Source: Torpedo marmorata
Taxonomy: Eukaryota
Length of the DNA: 64,000 bases
Reading direction: 5' to 3'
NCBI GenBank assembly: GCA_977017645.1
Contig: OZ360227.1
Location: 165,664,001-165,728,000 of the forward strand
Each line of letters begins with the position of its first letter. Positions within the stretch are counted from its first letter, which is position 1. A program made the position numbers and the translations under genes. The notes beneath the pieces are model-generated. The model did no database searches, was not told where the DNA came from, and saw nothing but the letters and a program-made list of their open reading frames with translations. This document shows positions 61,901 to 64,000 of the stretch, piece after piece.

Positions 61901-64000
61901 TTTCTATTCCTTATGTAGAAAACATGTGGAGAATAGGTGAGAACAGTATGTGGCTGGGTTGTAGTGCACCCGAGGACCTGTTAGCTGAAAACCGGGGAAT
62001 GTAGTGAATATGTTTTAAGAGGTAGCGTTTGAGGTCCATGCTCAGGACTACACTGCCATGCTTACCTTATTCCACATCTGTGCATTATTCTTGGCCAAGA
62101 CAAGTTCGAGAGAATCAGGAATGCTTGTGAATTCTAATGTGTCAGGACGTTGGCGATAGTTCTTCTCGCTTGCTATCTGGGTTGCTTTCTTTGCCTTCTC
62201 CACATCTAAAGAGCCAATAGGAATCCAGCCAATGCCTTTAAACCAGCTATTATAATCCATCTTGTAATTGACCTGCAAGGAGATATTAAAGAGTAAGTCC
62301 CATGTAGATAACATTTTTTTATTATTTGCCTTATGGCCTATGAATGTCATCAATAGCACTAGGATCAGAGTCAAAATATGAAATAAAAATTAAAAATAAT
62401 ATTATAGAAAGCTGATATATTTACCATTCAAATTTATGGAGGAGAGTTTAGTGAGTTTTATACCAGGATAAGCATTGGATTGTTTAGAATGGAGATGAGG
62501 AGAAAATTCTTAATTTAGATGCTTGCGAAATCCTCAAATTAATTGGAATCCTCAAACCAATTTCACAGGCCCAGAAGAATTTTAAGTGCTATCTAACATG
62601 AGCTGATAAGTGGCATGTAATATTCATGCCAAAGAGGTGCCAGGAAAAGGCAATTTCAAATAAGAGTGAGTCCAATCAACTACCCTTGTCACTCAATGGC
62701 GATCCCCCATTATCAACATCCTCAGGTAATCAGCATATGCCAGAACTTAAACTGGTCCAATGAAATAAAGGTAAAAGGTTCCATTATTGTCACGTAATAC
62801 TACATTTAGAATGTAACATACATGAAATTCTTTAATTTTTGTCTACCGTAAGGCAGACAGAGGGTCGCTACTTTGTCCAGCGCCCCTCACAGAAACCTAC
62901 AGCACCTAGTGTTCCTTGGTGGCTATTGGTGCTAAATACCAGGACTTCGAGGACAAGTCAAAGGCTGGATATTATTGGGGGAGTGACTTACCTCTGGACA
63001 CCTAGGTTCCTCCACCATCTATGAAGCATGGATGCGGACTGTGAAAGAAAGCTCTCCGCTTGCCTGAGTTAGTACAGCACTCAAGAAGCTTTGCACCATT
63101 CAGGAAAAAGCAACCCTCTTGTGTGCCACCCAATCCACTACCCTAAGCACTTGTTCCCTTTGTCACAGCTGCATCATGTAACATGTACAAATTACACTGC
63201 ACTTCCTCATCCAGGCCACTTCAACAGCACTTCCCAAACCTGCAAATACTTCCACCAAGAAAGGCAAAGACTGCAGGTGCATGAGAACACCAACAGCCTA
63301 CACCATCTGGGATGGAAATGTATTGCCAGACCTTCATCACCAGGTCTAAATCCCAGAACTCCCTCCCCAACCACTTCATAGAAGTGTCTTCACCAGAAGT
63401 ACAGTGGGTCAAAAAGGCAGCTCACCACCAACATCTCAATTGTCATTGGAGATGGTCAATGGAAGCTATCTTTTCCAGCAATGCCAGATCCAAAAAATGA
63501 ATAAATTTTTTTAAAAGTGTTAGTTTCATCTAATTGTAAAGTCACTGTTGAAATGCAACAGAGGAACTGGTTACAAACTGCTCACATGCCTTTGAATACA
63601 GACCTTCTACCCAGAGGCACAATACAATGACGCTCAGATACTGAAGAGTAATCCTTCTGGTTAGAATTACAAGGCTGCTGAGCTCCCCACAAAATGAAAA
63701 CAAGAAATTGTAATTCCAAAGCTAACTGATGCAGATAATCAAAATCCGAAACTTTGGAAATGCTTGATAGATTGGGACAGCATCTCTTGAGAAAAGGGTA
63801 AATACTTCTGGCCAATGTCATTCCATTAGACTATTCCAAGTTCTAATGCACAGAAACTAATTGTCAGGTTTGTTTCTCCTTCCACAGATGCTTGCATGAA
63901 TCTGCTAAGTATTTCCAAACAAAAAAAAAACATTTTCCATCAAAGGTTGTAGCTTACATCACTCTGTATGTTCATCATGTTTCTGGACTGCACCAAACTC
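1601..64000 (-). CDS. NEB: Nebulin, super-repeat region (partial gene: 33 exons here, continues beyond both ends)
   Basis: ~35-aa modules with SDxxYK motifs and WLKGIGW-like motif once per 7 modules; 8 full D-C-B-A cycles of 729/732 nt; all exons phase 0 with AG acceptors and GT (two GC) donors. Confidence 0.95.
2015..2122 (-). CDS. NEB: NEB exon B1 (108 nt)
   Basis: [36 protein letters not shown]; AG/GTAAG. Confidence 0.95.
2214..2318 (-). CDS. NEB: NEB exon C1 (105 nt)
   Basis: [35 protein letters not shown]; AG/GT. Confidence 0.93.
2399..2635 (+). mobile_element. L1 3'UTR fragment flanked by 60-bp direct repeats
   Basis: Matches the L1 3' end at about 8860-9084; repeats at 2339-2398 and 2636-2695. 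Confidence 0.8.
2700..3060 (-). mobile_element. CR1 LINE 3' fragment
   Basis: tagtcccatttgcctgcatt..cccatatccctccaaacc tail shared with other CR1 copies in the window. Confidence 0.7.
3197..3400 (-). CDS. NEB: NEB exon D1 (204 nt)
   Basis: [23 protein letters not shown]...NNALNLNK; AG/GTAAG. Confidence 0.95.
3822..4030 (+). mobile_element. HE1-like SINE
   Basis: acggttag..caacgctattacagcgccagc head, V-domain, A/T tail. Confidence 0.8.
4500..4817. mobile_element. Inverted pair of Penelope pseudo-LTRs with hammerhead-like motif
   Basis: ~92-bp arms 4536-4627 and 4726-4817; minus strand reads UUGAGGA-A-GGGC-UCAG-GCCC-GAAACGUC. Confidence 0.75.
5834..6145 (-). CDS. NEB: NEB exon A2 (312 nt)
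   Basis: [16 protein letters not shown]...AYELQSD; AG/GTGAG. Confidence 0.95.
6228..9084 (+). mobile_element. L1-clade LINE, 5' truncated, disrupted ORF2 (RT and C-terminal domain), 11-bp TSD
   Basis: [27 protein letters not shown] in ORF 6418-7215; AATAAA and A-rich tail; TSD aatgccaagat at 6217-6227 and 9085-9095. Confidence 0.92.
9134..9241 (-). CDS. NEB: NEB exon B2 (108 nt)
   Basis: [36 protein letters not shown]; AG/GTAAG. Confidence 0.94.
9385..10375 (-). mobile_element. Rex1/Babar-clade LINE 3' fragment
   Basis: [42 protein letters not shown]; aataaacttgacttgac tail. Confidence 0.85.
10604..10708 (-). CDS. NEB: NEB exon C2 (105 nt)
   Basis: [35 protein letters not shown]; AG/GTAAG. 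Confidence 0.93.
10791..10994 (-). CDS. NEB: NEB exon D2 (204 nt)
   Basis: [27 protein letters not shown]...NNAHIMNK; AG/GTTGG. Confidence 0.94.
11500..11788 (-). mobile_element. HE1-like SINE with tandemly triplicated 5' end
   Basis: Reverse complement of SINE consensus; tacgctaaccatgccgccc-like unit three times at about 11726-11786. Confidence 0.82.
12020..12690 (-). mobile_element. CR1 LINE 3' fragment
   Basis: ORF 12085-12549 [19 protein letters not shown]. Confidence 0.88.
12940..13130 (-). mobile_element. HE1-like SINE, 3' portion
   Basis: V-domain and tail in reverse orientation. Confidence 0.8.
13465..13776 (-). CDS. NEB: NEB exon A3 (312 nt)
   Basis: [12 protein letters not shown]...AYDLQSD; AG/GTGAG. 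Confidence 0.95.
13902..14009 (-). CDS. NEB: NEB exon B3 (108 nt)
   Basis: [36 protein letters not shown]; AG/GTAAG. Confidence 0.95.
14100..14204 (-). CDS. NEB: NEB exon C3 (105 nt)
   Basis: [35 protein letters not shown]; AG/GTAAG. Confidence 0.94.
14745..14828 (+). mobile_element. HE1-like SINE 3' fragment
   Basis: gtaggttaattgggtgta..gggcctgttactgtgttgtatctctaaat. Confidence 0.65.
15026..15244. mobile_element. Tigger/pogo-type MITE
   Basis: TA then caggtataccccgctttacga; degenerate inverse tcgtaaaacagggtatg; internal ttcgtaaa repeats. Confidence 0.65.
16211..18755 (-). mobile_element. Old, deleted CR1 LINE with ORF1 esterase-like and ORF2 remnants
   Basis: [22 protein letters not shown] (17907-18167); endonuclease remnants near 17200-17600; CR1 tail at 16211. 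Confidence 0.75.
18250..18672 (-). mobile_element. Younger CR1 3' fragment nested in the older CR1
   Basis: ORF 18317-18643 [26 protein letters not shown]; older CR1 resumes at about 18673. Confidence 0.8.
18956..19159 (-). CDS. NEB: NEB exon D3 (204 nt)
   Basis: [28 protein letters not shown]...NSKNRNQ; AG/GTAAA. Confidence 0.94.
19982..20214 (+). mobile_element. Solo LTR (233 bp)
   Basis: TG...CA ends, AATAAA, 5-bp TSD cagtc at 19977-19981 and 20215-20219. Confidence 0.75.
20415..20726 (-). CDS. NEB: NEB exon A4 (312 nt)
   Basis: [12 protein letters not shown]...[11 protein letters not shown]...AYDLQSD; AG/GTAAG. Confidence 0.95.
20838..21425 (+). mobile_element. Penelope-like element 3' end: GIY-YIG endonuclease remnant plus pseudo-LTR
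   Basis: Reads [52 protein letters not shown]; then ttgatgaagggttcaagcccgaaac..gacctgctgagtttctccag. Confidence 0.85.
21315..21357 (+). ncRNA. Minimal type I hammerhead-ribozyme-like motif (C3U variant, partly decayed)
   Basis: catacc-UUGAUGA-A-GGGU-UCAA-GCCC-GAAACAUU-GG within the Penelope pseudo-LTR. Confidence 0.55.
21490..21597 (-). CDS. NEB: NEB exon B4 (108 nt)
   Basis: [36 protein letters not shown]; AG/GTAAG. Confidence 0.94.
22258..23400 (-). mobile_element. CR1 LINE fragment, interrupted by a Rex1 tail
   Basis: ORF 22418-22678 [15 protein letters not shown]; CR1 sequence resumes at about 23036. Confidence 0.8.
22798..23035 (+). mobile_element. Rex1/Babar 3'UTR fragment nested in CR1
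   Basis: Reverse complement of about 9385-9610; ends aataaacttgacttg. Confidence 0.8.
23455..23770 (+). mobile_element. Two degenerate Penelope pseudo-LTR fragments
   Basis: ggctcaggcctgaaacgtt..ctgctgagtttctcc and ttgatgacagg..gacctgctgagattttccagc. Confidence 0.6.
23953..24215 (+). mobile_element. HE1-like SINE, near full length
   Basis: cacggttagcgtag head, gggttcgaatcc B-box, V-domain, tail. Confidence 0.83.
24767..26466 (+). mobile_element. Rex1/Babar-clade LINE, 5' truncated, frameshifted RT
   Basis: ORFs 24789-25691 and 25555-26154: [46 protein letters not shown]; ends aataaattctgattctga. Confidence 0.9.
26621..27423 (+). mobile_element. Solo LTR (~800 bp) with internal direct repeats
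   Basis: TG...CA ends, flanks atcac/atcaa, AATAAA at about 27338, CpG-rich, duplicated internal blocks. Confidence 0.65.
27763..27867 (-). CDS. NEB: NEB exon C4 (105 nt)
   Basis: [35 protein letters not shown]; AG/GTAAG. Confidence 0.94.
28017..28220 (-). CDS. NEB: NEB exon D4 (204 nt, GC donor)
   Basis: [15 protein letters not shown]...NNALTMNK; donor AAG/GCAAGT at 28016 gives the canonical 204-nt length. Confidence 0.9.
28511..28738 (+). mobile_element. HE1-like SINE
   Basis: ggggcggcacagttagcgtagcgg head, B-box, internal deletion in V-domain, A tail. Confidence 0.85.
29243..30580 (-). mobile_element. Degraded Rex1-like fragment with a nested GC-rich insertion (about 29718-30495)
   Basis: Rex1-like sequence at about 29440-29715 resumes at about 30498; insert starts ttcaagattcaagaatcctttattgtcatg (reverse LINE-type tail). 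Confidence 0.55.
31094..31405 (-). CDS. NEB: NEB exon A5 (312 nt)
   Basis: [12 protein letters not shown]...AYDLQSD; AG/GTGAG. Confidence 0.95.
31488..31595 (-). CDS. NEB: NEB exon B5 (108 nt)
   Basis: [36 protein letters not shown]; AG/GTATG. Confidence 0.93.
32100..32375 (+). mobile_element. Ancient L2-type 3' end
   Basis: aaagttttgtccgatt..atgaagcatcttgggactattttataatgttaaa tail; similar remnant at about 100-290. Confidence 0.45.
32527..32631 (-). CDS. NEB: NEB exon C5 (105 nt)
   Basis: [35 protein letters not shown]; AG/GTAAG. Confidence 0.94.
32712..32835 (+). mobile_element. Penelope pseudo-LTR fragment
   Basis: gaagggcccaggcccaaaatgttg..atggatgctgcttgacctgttgagtttctccagc. Confidence 0.6.
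34080..34800 (+). mobile_element. Degraded CR1 3' fragments
   Basis: aggctgggctcgttttccctgg..ggaggctgagggg; tail gggctgaggagcccttatctgtgctgtatgac. Confidence 0.6.
34882..35085 (-). CDS. NEB: NEB exon D5 (204 nt, GC donor)
   Basis: [23 protein letters not shown]...NNALTINK; donor AAG/GCAAGT at 34881. Confidence 0.9.
36031..36342 (-). CDS. NEB: NEB exon A6 (312 nt)
   Basis: [31 protein letters not shown]...AYDLQSD; AG/GTGAG. Confidence 0.95.
36358..36918 (+). mobile_element. CR1 3' fragment abutting the A6 acceptor region
   Basis: gtcagaccacacttggagtattgt; [31 protein letters not shown]. Confidence 0.8.
38270..38610 (+). mobile_element. CR1 3' fragment
   Basis: ttcccagggtaggggtgtctaaaactagacagcatagatttaag..gggctgaagggcctgtt. 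Confidence 0.7.
38783..38890 (-). CDS. NEB: NEB exon B6 (108 nt)
   Basis: [36 protein letters not shown]; AG/GTAAG. Confidence 0.94.
38978..39082 (-). CDS. NEB: NEB exon C6 (105 nt)
   Basis: [35 protein letters not shown]; AG/GTAAG. Confidence 0.93.
39396..43272 (+). mobile_element. Tigger/pogo DNA transposon with disrupted transposase (HTH plus DDE domain)
   Basis: TIRs caggtagtcctcgact / agtcaaggactacctg, TA TSD; ATG 39546 MASKRK..; ORF 41705-42985 [30 protein letters not shown]. Confidence 0.92.
39719..41369 (+). mobile_element. Young 5'-truncated CR1 LINE with uninterrupted RT frame, inserted in the Tigger transposase gene
   Basis: ORF 39677-41284 [34 protein letters not shown]; tail gttatatggttatatatggtta. 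Confidence 0.92.
43803..44006 (-). CDS. NEB: NEB exon D6 (204 nt)
   Basis: [28 protein letters not shown]...NTEAMKK; AG/GTAGA. Confidence 0.93.
44340..46195 (-). mobile_element. CR1 LINE, degraded ORF2
   Basis: [33 protein letters not shown] fragments. Confidence 0.85.
46196..46720 (+). mobile_element. L1 ORF2 C-terminus and 3'UTR fragment
   Basis: [24 protein letters not shown]-like, resembling 8400-8700; A-rich end. Confidence 0.6.
46727..48621 (-). mobile_element. pogo-family (POGK-like) DNA transposon, full length, transposase with stop and frameshifts (48359 to 47039)
   Basis: TIRs ccgtatattttggcgtataagtc / gacttatacgccgaaatatacgg, TA flanks; [49 protein letters not shown]. Confidence 0.92.
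46849..46976. repeat. 4 x 32-bp subterminal tandem repeat of the pogo element
   Basis: ccgattcggcgtataagtcgacccttgaaaac repeated four times; contains TIR core gcgtataagtc. Confidence 0.9.
48645..48918 (-). mobile_element. HE1-like SINE, full length
   Basis: Reverse complement of the copy at 60766-61050. Confidence 0.88.
49163..49474 (-). CDS. NEB: NEB exon A7 (312 nt)
   Basis: [31 protein letters not shown]...MMEIQSD; AG/GTAAG. Confidence 0.95.
50150..51550 (-). mobile_element. CR1 LINE fragment
   Basis: [22 protein letters not shown]; [11 protein letters not shown]. Confidence 0.8.
52000..52107 (-). CDS. NEB: NEB exon B7 (108 nt)
   Basis: [36 protein letters not shown]; AG/GTAAG. Confidence 0.94.
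52380..53420 (+). mobile_element. Old Penelope-like element 3' part (GIY-YIG remnant and pseudo-LTR)
   Basis: tgtggtctccactacattggtaaa..gatcactttacagagcat (CGLHYIG..); ttaatgaaggtcatatgacctaaatgttaa tail. Confidence 0.65.
53570..53674 (-). CDS. NEB: NEB exon C7 (105 nt)
   Basis: [35 protein letters not shown]; AG/GTATG. Confidence 0.94.
53764..53970 (-). CDS. NEB: NEB exon D7 (207 nt)
   Basis: [26 protein letters not shown]...ANAKIMDM; AG/GTAAG. Confidence 0.94.
55508..55819 (-). CDS. NEB: NEB exon A8 (312 nt)
   Basis: [31 protein letters not shown]...MMNIQND; AG/GTAAG. Confidence 0.95.
55965..56840 (+). mobile_element. Degraded CR1 fragment
   Basis: gatgacacaaag..tgggcaaagatctgg..ggtgaaaacacatctggag..tggaactctcttcctcaaa. 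Confidence 0.6.
57096..57203 (-). CDS. NEB: NEB exon B8 (108 nt)
   Basis: [36 protein letters not shown]; AG/GTAAA. Confidence 0.93.
57305..57555 (-). mobile_element. HE1-like SINE
   Basis: ggtgggaggaaaccagagcacccggaggaaacccacgc (reverse V-domain). Confidence 0.8.
58490..59850 (+). mobile_element. Degraded CR1 fragment interrupted by a palindromic element
   Basis: atggatttcagtaagccctt; gatgacatgtaaataggtgg; gtgcagtgctggtctcc; CR1 tail near 59820-59850. Confidence 0.7.
58928..59162. mobile_element. Palindromic Penelope pseudo-LTR element with hammerhead-like motif
   Basis: ~95-bp inverted arms 58928-59022 and 59033-59128, extra tail to 59162; flanking repeat ggcc(t/c)agggaagt; minus strand CC-UUGAUGA-A-GGGC-UCAA-GGCC-GAAACGUU-GG at 59033-59002. 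Confidence 0.8.
60311..60415 (-). CDS. NEB: NEB exon C8 (105 nt)
   Basis: [35 protein letters not shown]; AG/GTCAG. Confidence 0.93.
60766..61050 (+). mobile_element. HE1-like SINE, full length
   Basis: gggcggcacg head, ggggttcgaatcccg B-box, V-domain, AT-rich tail. Confidence 0.88.
62066..62272 (-). CDS. NEB: NEB exon D8 (207 nt)
   Basis: [29 protein letters not shown]...NNAQMWNK; AG/GTAAG. Confidence 0.94.
62590..63510 (+). mobile_element. Ancient CR1/L2-group LINE 3' fragment with a small nested insertion (about 62776-62900)
   Basis: gtggcatgtaatattcatgcc..; tail aaggcagctcaccaccaacatctc..ccagcaatgccagatcc..aatgaataaa. Confidence 0.5.
63958..64000 (-). CDS. NEB: NEB exon A9, 3' end only (runs off window)
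   Basis: ...[14 protein letters not shown] followed by GTAAG donor. Confidence 0.85.

Noticed and set aside
1601-64000. Identification as NRAP or nebulette instead of NEB
   Set aside because: At least eight consecutive super-repeats exceeds NRAP (five), nebulette has none, and the module sequences and exon-size cycle fit nebulin

Overview
Vertebrate genomic DNA, most likely an elasmobranch (shark or ray), judged from HE1-type V-SINEs and the CR1/Rex1/Penelope repeat set. The whole window lies inside the super-repeat region of the nebulin gene (NEB) on the minus strand. I read 32 complete exons and one partial exon, all phase 0, in a four-exon cycle. In transcript order the cycle is D (204 or 207 nt), C (105), B (108), A (312), giving 729 or 732 nt (243 or 244 aa) per cycle and eight complete cycles; units are numbered 1-9 from low coordinate. 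The introns are filled with CR1, L1, Rex1/Babar and Penelope retroelements, HE1-like SINEs, two pogo/Tigger DNA transposons, a MITE and two solo LTRs. Most notable: exon-restricted patchwork homogenisation of the A exons; a chimeric D exon with a GC donor and a relic GT donor; a two-super-repeat duplication period; palindromic Penelope pseudo-LTR insertions carrying minimal hammerhead-ribozyme-like motifs; inverted SINE pairs bracketing whole in-frame super-repeats; a three-level nested transposon; and a 60-bp duplication flanking an L1 tail. Repeat family names come from motif recognition, not a database search, and boundaries of old repeats are approximate.
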